Shown one piece after another: positions 1 through 8,800 of a stretch of DNA of 25,228 nucleotides; position 1 is the stretch's first letter; every line of letters starts with the position of its first letter. The notes under the pieces are model-generated. The model was not told the DNA's origin. It searched no databases and saw nothing but the letters and a program-made list of their open reading frames with translations. The position numbers and the translations under genes are program-made. Origin of the DNA: a virus (lineage: Duplodnaviria > Caudoviricetes); IMG/VR virus record IMGVR_UViG_3300012665_001944, positions 1-25,228 of that record. One strand, given 5' to 3'.

Positions 1-2
1 AC

Positions 3-104
3 TGTGATATGAAGAAAGATAAAACTAAAGCTGGATATTGGGCTTGTAGAATTAATAAATACGGACACCTATGGGGTGGTAAAACTTATCCTGGTTTTTG
101 GTAA
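3..104 (+). CDS. 3' end of a phage hypothetical protein (partial, ...CDMKKDKTKAGYWACRINKYGHLWGGKTYPGFW)
   Basis: Frame is open from the window edge to TAA at 102-104, 2 nt before the next ATG at 107; not in the ORF track because it is truncated. Confidence 0.7.
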   Translation, partial: CDMKKDKTKAGYWACRINKYGHLWGGKTYPGFW

Positions 105-106
105 TT

Positions 107-913
107 ATGAAACATTTAAAAACATATCAATTATTTGAATCTGAATTTTTTACAATCAGTGATGAGAGAAGAAAAAAACTAATTTATTTTATAAATAGTA
201 GTTTAGATGGAACGGATTTTGATTTCTCTTCTTGGATATATGAAAATATAATTCGCGGAAAACAAGAAAATACAGAACTTAATGATTTTATTAAAAAAGT
301 ATCTCCTAATTGGGAAAAAACACTTGATGAATACTTAGCTAAGTATAAAAGTGGAGTAATGAAAATTGGACAGGATAAACAAAATGAGTGGTTTGGCGTA
401 AATTATAACTCAAGTCTTAAACAAAAAGAAGTAATAGGTGATAAGGAGATAACAAAAAACTTTTATGTAACATTTGAGAAAAACGAAGACAACCTGAAAA
501 GATGGTTCAATGGACTCGGAACTCTTATAAGTGACTTTTACAAAGCTTCTACAGAAGGTGAATTAAAAAACTCGGCAATTTCTTTCAAATGTGGATATTA
601 TGCTAAACATTTTATAGAAGACAATGACCATCTAAAGTTTTATTGGTATAAAGATGATGACAAAAGTAAAGTATTAGAAGTATATAATAATTGGTTGAAG
701 AAAACTGGTATACAAGTTAAGAAAAGAGCTTATGATTTTGGAATAGATACCGAAAAAGGCGGAGATAAAAATAGTTTTGGTCGAATAGTTGCAAATAAAG
801 TGAATGATCAGTTTCAAAAACTTAAATCACAGTATGGGAAAAAGTACACATCGGAACAATATGCAGATTATATAATAGATATGTTAAACAAAACAAAGTT
901 TAAAATTGATTAA
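107..913 (+). CDS. Hypothetical protein with CTS-like N-terminus (MKHLKTYQLFESE); C-terminal half weakly HopA1-like
   Basis: ATG at 107 directly follows the upstream stop and is preferred to the track start at 98; N-terminal motif shared with other ORFs here. Confidence 0.75.
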   Translation: MKHLKTYQLFESEFFTISDERRKKLIYFINSSLDGTDFDFSSWIYENIIRGKQENTELNDFIKKVSPNWEKTLDEYLAKYKSGVMKIGQDKQNEWFGVNYNSSLKQKEVIGDKEITKNFYVTFEKNEDNLKRWFNGLGTLISDFYKASTEGELKNSAISFKCGYYAKHFIEDNDHLKFYWYKDDDKSKVLEVYNNWLKKTGIQVKKRAYDFGIDTEKGGDKNSFGRIVANKVNDQFQKLKSQYGKKYTSEQYADYIIDMLNKTKFKID

Positions 914-914
914 T

Positions 915-1181
915 ATGACACTTCCATTTCAAGAAACTAAATTAGGTAATAATATATTTATCAGAGAGTTTAGTAAAGATACAGAATCTGGTGAACTAAT
1001 GTGGCACCGTGATAGAGAAGATAGAATAATACAATCTATTGGTAAAACAGATTGGTTAATTCAAATTGATAATGAATTACCTAAAGAAATAAATGAGGAA
1101 GTGCTTATACCGATGGGTGTTTATCATCGATTGATAAAAGGTACAAATAATTTGAAAATAAAATTAAAAAAAATAATATAA
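915..1181 (+). CDS. Small cupin-fold protein
   Basis: Cupin-like motif pair WHRDREDR and IPMGVYHRLIKG; ATG at 915 just after the upstream stop. Confidence 0.65.
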   Translation: MTLPFQETKLGNNIFIREFSKDTESGELMWHRDREDRIIQSIGKTDWLIQIDNELPKEINEEVLIPMGVYHRLIKGTNNLKIKLKKII

Positions 1182-1182
1182 T

Positions 1183-2169
1183 ATGGCTGGACCATCTGGA
1201 TTATTTCCTAATATTATAAAAGTCGGTACTGCACCGGCATCTAATTATATCACTGGTGGTCCTGGTGATAAAATTTATATTGCTATAAATCCAAATGTCT
1301 CTTACGGTGAAAGTGCAACAAGTGGATTTTGGAATGGTGTTACTCCGTCGAAGGGTGGTTATGTGGTATATGTTAATAATCTTACTACTCTTCCTACAAT
1401 ATTTGGTTTTAATGATGATACTAGTTTGATAAATTTTGCAAATAGAATTTTCTCTACATCATATTCAATAATTTCTGATGCGCTGGATAAATTTATAACT
1501 ACTGATGGTTATATTTGTGTTAACTATGATTATCCTTATTTTCCAACAAATGGTTTGTTATTAAACTATGATGCCTGGTATTCAGCTAGTTATCCAAAAA
1601 AATTTACCTTCTATGACACCTCTGGTAATGGAATAACGGCATCTGCGATAAACGGTTGTGCATTTCAGGACAATGGTATTGAGTTAAACGGTAGTAATCA
1701 GCTTATTAGATTCGGAACAGTTCTTACTGAATTTTCTGGTTCTGACCTAACATTTAGCATTTATTTTTCATTTAAAAATCTTATAAATAATTCTGGTCTT
1801 GTTGCTAAGGGTAATGCTGCAACCACCGGTTTTGGTGTGTGGGTTAATTCTTCGGGTGATTTATATTTTACTCATTCAGCCACGGATACTCTTATTACAT
1901 CTGGACTTGCTATTAATACAAGATATCTTTTAACAATGAGATATTCAAACTCTTCAAGTCTTATGCAATTTTTTATTGGTGGATCTCTTGTTGCTAGTAA
2001 ATCTAGTGTTAATATAACTGATGCGAGTGTTTTAGCCATGGGTATTTATACTACAACCTACGCTAATTGTAGAATTTATAGTGTTAAAAAGTACAATACT
2101 TTTTTGAATGATACTGAAATTTCAGATATGTCAACTAATTTAGTTAATTTATATAGTGTCTTAGCTTAA
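1183..2169 (+). CDS. LamG/concanavalin A-like domain protein, probably virion-associated
   Basis: GLLLNYDA..SYP...YDTSGNG, LNGSNQLI, TFSIYF, MQFFIGGSLV and RIYSVKKYNTFLNDTEI are typical of phage Laminin_G_3 modules. Confidence 0.75.
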   Translation: MAGPSGLFPNIIKVGTAPASNYITGGPGDKIYIAINPNVSYGESATSGFWNGVTPSKGGYVVYVNNLTTLPTIFGFNDDTSLINFANRIFSTSYSIISDALDKFITTDGYICVNYDYPYFPTNGLLLNYDAWYSASYPKKFTFYDTSGNGITASAINGCAFQDNGIELNGSNQLIRFGTVLTEFSGSDLTFSIYFSFKNLINNSGLVAKGNAATTGFGVWVNSSGDLYFTHSATDTLITSGLAINTRYLLTMRYSNSSSLMQFFIGGSLVASKSSVNITDASVLAMGIYTTTYANCRIYSVKKYNTFLNDTEISDMSTNLVNLYSVLA

Positions 2170-2197
2170 TAAGTTCTTCCGTTTCTGCAGTTAATAT

Positions 2198-3322
2198 TTA
2201 GTCTGCTTTTACTTTATAGTTTTCATTGTATATCTTAATGACTTCATCAAACTCATTTACAATTCCTGATTTGAATTTATCATTATCATAAGATTGTTTT
2301 AAGATATACTCTTTAATATAGTCTTCATATTCTAATTGAACTGATATTTCCAATCCATTCTCATCAAATTCAACCTCATTTGATTCATTTACTTCTTCAC
2401 CATCTACTAATTCTTTAGTAATATCATCAATATATTCTACTGAAGCAAAGTTACCTTTCTCTAACATAACTTCTAACTTTCTACGAAGCTTTCTGTTATT
2501 AATTAAAAGGTTATTTGAAATAGCTAAATCGATATAATCCTTAGTTCCTCTCAACTCATCTAATTTATCAATATCTTCTTCATTAGCAACTCTAAACTTT
2601 CTAAAAATTGGAGAGTAAGTGTTAGGTACAAAATCGATTTTATCAGTGTTTAGGTCGAGAATGGTGATACCTTTTTGATCACCCATATCATTTCTATCCA
2701 TTTGATATGGAGAGCCTATAAACGAGAAATTTTCATTTGTTTGGCGGATGTGAATATGTCCACTAAAAACGTGTTTGTACTTCTTAAACTCATCAACATC
2801 AATCTTATCAGCATTTCTATGAGCTACTGAGTTTAGGTGCATTCTACAGCCATTTAAGTCTGAGTGACAGAATAAATAATCACCTTGATTATTGGTAATC
2901 TCTTTAATCATATCTAATCTTTTTTCAACCCAAGGCATTAAAACTAATTTCTGACCATCTACTTCAATAGTAGTTGTATTGGTGTAAACATTCACGTTAT
3001 TAACGTGATTAAATAATCTAACTGAATTAATATCATTTGAACCTTTGTTCCAAAGATCATGATTACCAACTATAATATGTAGTGGAAGTATCTTAGATAG
3101 CTCTAGAAGTATCTTCTCTGCTTTATATGAGGCAATGATAGGAATCGACGTTCTGTTGTCGTATAAGTCACCGCAGTGAATAAGAATATCACCTGGTTTA
3201 GCATTTTCTTTGATGTAAGGAATAAAAGAGTTATAGAAGTAATCTTCCATCATATCTAACCATTTGTCTAAGTTATTAAGATATACTCCGAAGTGCCAGT
3301 CTGTTGTAATAAAAACTTTCAT
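2198..3322 (-). CDS. Mre11/SbcD-like recombination nuclease (T4 gp47-like)
   Basis: Calcineurin-like phosphoesterase motifs TDWHFG, GDLYD, GNHD, CHSD, SGHIH, and IGSPYQ. Confidence 0.93.
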   Translation of the reverse strand: MKVFITTDWHFGVYLNNLDKWLDMMEDYFYNSFIPYIKENAKPGDILIHCGDLYDNRTSIPIIASYKAEKILLELSKILPLHIIVGNHDLWNKGSNDINSVRLFNHVNNVNVYTNTTTIEVDGQKLVLMPWVEKRLDMIKEITNNQGDYLFCHSDLNGCRMHLNSVAHRNADKIDVDEFKKYKHVFSGHIHIRQTNENFSFIGSPYQMDRNDMGDQKGITILDLNTDKIDFVPNTYSPIFRKFRVANEEDIDKLDELRGTKDYIDLAISNNLLINNRKLRRKLEVMLEKGNFASVEYIDDITKELVDGEEVNESNEVEFDENGLEISVQLEYEDYIKEYILKQSYDNDKFKSGIVNEFDEVIKIYNENYKVKAD

Positions 3323-3350
3323 TAAAAAATTGTTTTCTTTTTATATGAAA

Positions 3351-3698
3351 TTATTGTGTTATTGTTTCTTTTCTTCTGGCTTCTCTAGCACATTTTTCAC
3401 ATCCACTGCCAGCATATAGATGTCCGTTAGGTGTTTGTTCAAATTCTCCGTGAACAGGACATATTATTTTAACTTTAGTTCTACAATTTTCATACACTGT
3501 TAAGTCATAGTTATATTTATAGTTATGTTTAATATTTGATTTTTCAACAAAATCTTTAATCTTTTTACTTCTTCTATTGAGAGACTTTAATTCTTTTATT
3601 ATGGATCTTTCTTTAGATTTACAATTTTTATTACAAAACTTTCTATCTGGTCTACCCCAAACAATCTCTTTATTACAATATCTATAATTACAGTTCAT
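3351..3698 (-). CDS. Zn-finger / DUF723-like DNA-binding protein (homing-endonuclease-associated module, no nuclease domain seen)
   Basis: CxxxxC...FCxxxC at the N-terminus; KHNYKYNY..VY...TKVKIICPVHGEFEQTP..H..GSGCEKC. Confidence 0.7.
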   Translation of the reverse strand: MNCNYRYCNKEIVWGRPDRKFCNKNCKSKERSIIKELKSLNRRSKKIKDFVEKSNIKHNYKYNYDLTVYENCRTKVKIICPVHGEFEQTPNGHLYAGSGCEKCAREARRKETITQ

Positions 3699-3814
3699 AT
3701 ATTGTATTTATTAAAAAGTGGAAATGGCATTTTTTACAACATAATGTTTTAAAATAGAGCTAAAGAGGATAAGAAGAAAAATATATAATTTATAAAAAAA
3801 TAATTTAAAAAAAT

Positions 3815-4435
3815 ATGCCGTTACCACATTTTACACAGCTATTAAATACCGGTTCACCGGGTGGACCAGGTACATTACCTGACGAAGTAGTATATACAAA
3901 CTTGTTTGAGATTACATTCGTATTACCTGTTATTTTACAGGCACAAGGTAGAGATCCTATCTTACTTTTACAAAATGCGTTGAACATTGATATGAACTTA
4001 ACAGAATTCGACGTTGCAGTTAAAGAACAAAGATTCAAGTATTCAACTAGAGCTTTCTTAACAACTCCTACTAAAACTTCTGGTACGTTTAACATTAAAT
4101 TTAACGTTAACGTAAACCAGCAAGGTTCTATGGAGACTTGGAATGCTTTGAAAGCTTGGTATGATTTAGTATTTAACTCACAAAATGGTTCACTTCACTA
4201 TAAGAGTGATATCATTGGTACTGTTATTGTTAACCAACACGATAAAAAAGGTGTTGTTTTAAGACGTGTAACTTTCCAAAACTGTCAAATCAGTAAAGTT
4301 GCTGGTTATGCTTTAGATTGGTCTTCAAACAACATTATTGAAAACCTTCAAGTAGACTTTATCTATGATTACTTCATCGATGAATACATTGATAACAACT
4401 TTACTATTAATCCTCCAATTGTATCAGGATATTAA
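3815..4435 (+). CDS. Tail tube protein (T4 gp19-like)
   Basis: 206 aa; NLFEITF, WNALKAWYD, YKSDI, VNQHDKKG...TFQNCQ..V...LDWSS...QVDFIYDYF match the gp19 tube pattern; close to the sheath gene. Confidence 0.85.
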   Translation: MPLPHFTQLLNTGSPGGPGTLPDEVVYTNLFEITFVLPVILQAQGRDPILLLQNALNIDMNLTEFDVAVKEQRFKYSTRAFLTTPTKTSGTFNIKFNVNVNQQGSMETWNALKAWYDLVFNSQNGSLHYKSDIIGTVIVNQHDKKGVVLRRVTFQNCQISKVAGYALDWSSNNIIENLQVDFIYDYFIDEYIDNNFTINPPIVSGY

Positions 4436-4451
4436 TAATAATATTAAAATT

Positions 4452-4482
4452 AAAAACCCATCATTTTATGATGGGTTTTTTT
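4452..4482 (+). terminator. Intrinsic terminator after the tail tube gene (likely bidirectional)
   Basis: AAAAACCCATCA-tttta-TGATGGGTTTTTTT. Confidence 0.8.
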
Positions 4483-4503
4483 ATTATTAAAATTTTTATA
4501 AAC

Positions 4504-4528
4504 AAAAAACCCACTTTACAGTGGGTTT
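4504..4528 (-). terminator. Intrinsic terminator after the gp51-like gene
   Basis: Minus strand AAACCCACT-GTAA-AGTGGGTTTTTT (GNRA loop plus U tract). Confidence 0.75.
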
Positions 4529-4534
4529 AATTAT

Positions 4535-4789
4535 TTAGAATTTAGGCATGTTATTTGTCATGCTTGAAGCATTTTTCATCATTGAGTTTGCGTCAAAGTT
4601 AGGCATTCCCTGTTGTTGTTCTTGTTCTTGTTTTTTTCGATTAGTATCTTCTTCTTCAACAATCTCATTAACCAATTTTATATTCTCTTCGAACATCCAG
4701 AAGGGCCATTCATCCATAGCCGCTTCTTGCGTATGGAAGTGCTTTTGTAGCATTAATTTATTCTTTAATATATGCTTCAAAGGCATCAT
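4535..4789 (-). CDS. T4 gp51-like baseplate hub/tail assembly protein (may also be made as a frameshift fusion to the upstream ORF)
   Basis: LMLQKHF...MDEWPFW...IKLVNEIVEEE..RKKQ resembles gp51-like proteins; overlaps the 3' end of the gp26-like ORF; first ATG at 4789. Confidence 0.6.
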   Translation of the reverse strand: MMPLKHILKNKLMLQKHFHTQEAAMDEWPFWMFEENIKLVNEIVEEEDTNRKKQEQEQQQGMPNFDANSMMKNASSMTNNMPKF

Positions 4790-5693
4790 GAATAACGAAA
4801 ATACCTGACGCTCCGTTGGGAAATTGCATATCAGTGTGGACCTCCTCACCACACGAACACGTTTTCTTCAATTCCTTGATACCAAAAGTCATTTTACCGA
4901 CTGCTGCATTTAAGAACTGAAATGAAATATCATCAATTTCTTCAAATTCTTTTAACTTTGCTTTAATACCTTCGTAAGTTATTGAGGTTCTACCATATAA
5001 CATAAAAGGAATAATTTTTAAGAAAGCTAAATTTGGAGTTTTCTTTTCATTATTTTCTTTTACAATGTAATCTGTAAAAGCCTTTTGAAGACCAATATTT
5101 GGTGGAGTCAATTCAAACTCTTTTCCATTTACTGTACTAAAGTGGTAAGATCTTGAAGAGTTACTAAAATATCTATCAAGTTTATCATCTATTTTATGGA
5201 ATTCAAAGTTATCTCTTTTTAATTCTAATTGTAAATCAGTACCACATCCACATCTTTTAGTTACTGTTAGTGAATTACCTTGCTGAAACGTTAATTCTCT
5301 AATTAAGAAAATTAAGAATAATCTGTCTTGGTCTTTTATCTCAAGATAAGAACCCATTTTACCATCTGAATATTTGATTCTAACACAAGATTGTAAAATA
5401 TCATTCATTTTTTCAACGATGTCATAGAAGTTATTATCATCAACCATTGAATAGGCTTGTATTTCTTTTACTTGTGCTGGTCTTACCATAAAGACAGTAC
5501 CTGATGGATAAAAATCACCGCATGGTAATTCTTTAATATCGAAGTTGAAATACTGCAAGTCAGTAGTTCTTGTGCTATCGATTTTTGGTTGTTCTACAAA
5601 TGGAATATCAGAGTTCACAGGTGATTTTGATTCAATGTTACCTAAGTGTTTTTTTAGATACTCTTCTTCACTCATATTATTTTGTTCAGACAT
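4758..5693 (-). CDS. T4 gp26-like baseplate hub / tail assembly chaperone
   Basis: ELP...YP, VRPAQVKE, DILQSCV, DRLFLIFLIRELTF and Cys pairs (RCGCG, TCSCG); lies between the tube and sheath genes. Confidence 0.7.
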   Translation of the reverse strand: MSEQNNMSEEEYLKKHLGNIESKSPVNSDIPFVEQPKIDSTRTTDLQYFNFDIKELPCGDFYPSGTVFMVRPAQVKEIQAYSMVDDNNFYDIVEKMNDILQSCVRIKYSDGKMGSYLEIKDQDRLFLIFLIRELTFQQGNSLTVTKRCGCGTDLQLELKRDNFEFHKIDDKLDRYFSNSSRSYHFSTVNGKEFELTPPNIGLQKAFTDYIVKENNEKKTPNLAFLKIIPFMLYGRTSITYEGIKAKLKEFEEIDDISFQFLNAAVGKMTFGIKELKKTCSCGEEVHTDMQFPNGASGIFVIHDAFEAYIKE

Positions 5694-5762
5694 ATTAATG
5701 TGTTATTTTTTATTATATATTCATAGATTTGTTATCCCTTGAATTTACCTTATGATTATAAC

Positions 5763-5798
5763 AAAAAAAAAGAGGAAAGTTTTCACTTTCCTCTTTTT
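5763..5798 (-). terminator. Intrinsic terminator after the tail sheath gene
   Basis: Minus strand AAAAAGAGGAAAGT-GAAA-ACTTTCCTCTTTTTTTTT. Confidence 0.85.
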
Positions 5799-5818
5799 AA
5801 TATAAAATTTATTAATTA

Positions 5819-8800
5819 TTATCCATTAATGAATCCACCAGCACTGATTGCTCCAGTTCTCAAGATTGTGATATTATTTACAATAATACCCATACCCTTG
5901 ATTGGTTCAACATATGTATCAAGAACACCGATTTGGTTATCAATGATTTCATTAGTGTTGTTTTCTTCATCCATTTTATTAAAGTAGTTGTATAAACCAT
6001 TCTTACTTACATAAGTTTCACAGATAACGTCTGCTCTAAGTTTAATTTCTGCTCTAATATCAGGTGTATTAAATTTCCATTGGAAGTCTAATAACATTCT
6101 TGACAATTCTCTTTCAAGTTCAATCAATACCTCTCTAACGTGTAAGTAAGAAAGAGCTGATTTGTAAAGTGTTTGAGCTGTATTCTCAGTCTCAATGATG
6201 TTTCCTCTATTTCTCTTGAACACGATTGGGTTCATTTGAGCTTGGTTAATCCACTCGATATCAGTTTGAGTAAAGTCCATTTCAGTTGAAACTATATTAG
6301 TAATTCTACCATTAGTAACACCTGCTGCGATTGTCCAAGGAGTCACACCACTTAGGTTAGAGATATGTTTTCTCATATAAGTTGTTGCCGCCCATGCTGC
6401 TGGTGGAACTTCAATTGGTCTTCCATTGTCGTTTACTGTTAAGTAAGGTAAGAAATAACCTACTGATGTAGAACCTGCTCCATCTCCAAATGAGTAAAGG
6501 AACGCAGGAGAACTTTCAGGGTCACCACCTTTTGAAACGTACTCAAGTTGTAAAACACCTTCAGCATTTACGAAAGTAGGAGATGATGAATTCTTGAATG
6601 ACTTCATAGAAGGCATATTTAAGATTCCAAGAGCATCTAATCTATCACCACAGATATCTACTAATTGTTGTTTAGATCTTTCAGTTAAACCAAGACCAAA
6701 TGAGTCAATTAAATATCTAAAGTCAATTGCTTCTTTGTTAGTAATTGCTTTGAATAATGGAGTTCCTTTTGCTACTAAGTTAAGAATAGCATTTTGTCTA
6801 GTTTCAGTACCATCTGGTAAAGAAGCTTGTCTAATTCTAAATCCTTTAAGAGAGATAGCTTTATAAGTAGTTGCGTAATTATCAATAGTTGTGTATCTAG
6901 TTGTTTGATAAGCACCACCAGTGTAAACTTTATCAATTCTAGAGTCACAAGTAACTTCTACTAATGATGTGTCACCAGCATATTGTTTTTTACTTAGAAT
7001 TCTTGTAAGTTTTCTAGCAACTTGACCAACTTCTAATACAACTGTTGGGTCAACATAAGCCGCTAAGTAGTCACCAATTTTAACTTCAGTGTATCTAGCA
7101 CCTGTAATAAGAATCTTATTAGGTACTTGAACATAACCAGCTGGAAGTTCAATTTCAACAGTTTGTTTGAAGTTTGATTTAGCTGATTGTACAAAGAATG
7201 TATTACTTGTTATGGTACTAAGAGCTGGTGTTACTGTTGAAGTTAATGCTTCATCTAAGAATGACACTTCTAAAGTGTTATCATTATTAAGATACATTTT
7301 TAAGTAGTATTTAGTTAAGAAATCATAAATAGTACTTACATTTAATACTTCTTCGTAAGCAACCTCTTCAGTTACTTCATATGCCCAATAGTAAGCACCT
7401 ACAACACTTGTATATCCAAGATTGTTTGCTAATGTAGCTGGGTTAGCAGAATTAGTAATTGTAAATGATCCAGTATTAAGAGTTGAATCAGGAACAATGA
7501 ATTGGTCAAATGTACCATATGATGGATTTGTATTTGAAGTAGTTTCAAATACTACATAGTTATATCCAGCGTAAGATGATGTAGCACTTGTAGCTGTTTC
7601 ACCATCAATGAATATAACATTCATTGTTTCACCAGATGTTATTAATGAACTAGGTACTTTGTTAGCATAGAAGTAATCTCCTGTGTTAATGATACCATCA
7701 TAAAATTGTGTATAGAATTTAGAGTATTTAGCAACAACACCATCAGTTCCATCGGAAATACTTGAAGTTGTTGATACTGTATCTGTTCCTAATATAAACT
7801 CGTTATCTGTTGTATATATTACTAAGTAACCTTTAAGTATATCTGATAACTGAGAATCAGTTAATTCTGTATTTAAGATAAATGATTTGTTAGACGTGTC
7901 AGTTTGAACAATATTAGTTATTGTTATATTTTCTAAGCTAATTTTCTCATATCCATTATTAGGTCCTAAACATATAGTAGCTTTATCTTTATTAACACCT
8001 TTTATTAAATTAACTAAAGCGTTAAACATTTTGTATCTTCTATATTGAATGTAGTTTGCTGTAGAAGGAGCTGTATTTGTATCAAGAAATTCAACTTTAA
8101 TAGAACCTGCGGCACTTTGAGTTGAGATAATGTAATCTTTACCACTAGCTGTTCCGAATTGATAATCTATAAATCCAGATCCATTAACATTAACATCAGT
8201 TGAAACTATTGATGCTGTTCCAATGAAACCATTTTTAATATCAAAGTTAACATATCCTAATACTATATCACTTGCTGATACCGTAGGTTTAGTTGGTGTT
8301 GAACCATAAGCAACTCCTACTGGATTGTTAACCAGTGATATTGAGCCAGTTGAATCTAAAACATAAGTCGATACATATGATAATGTAGCATATGAAGTAC
8401 TATAATCACTAGAATTAATAACTAATGAAGTTGTTCCAGATACTGGAACTTTATTTCCGCCTATTACAGCAAAACCGTCTGATGTACCAATATAGTCTAC
8501 TGATATAGAAACTGTAGATGTACTTAAAGTACCTTTTGTTACTTCATAAGTATATCCTTCAGCGAACCAAGCTGTTCTTTCAAGATTAGTAATTATTCCT
8601 GTTTCAGATGGTACCGCGCCAAATGCGTGATCTACTTGACCAGTATAACTGAATGATCCACCACCTAATAAGGCAGTTACATTACCTGGTAAATCTAAAG
8701 GTACTGCTGTAATTTCAATTGATTCCGCAATAGTTTCTTTATAAGATAAAAATTCTATAGAAGTCTCATTTACGCCAGCAACTGTTTGTCCAACTAAGTC

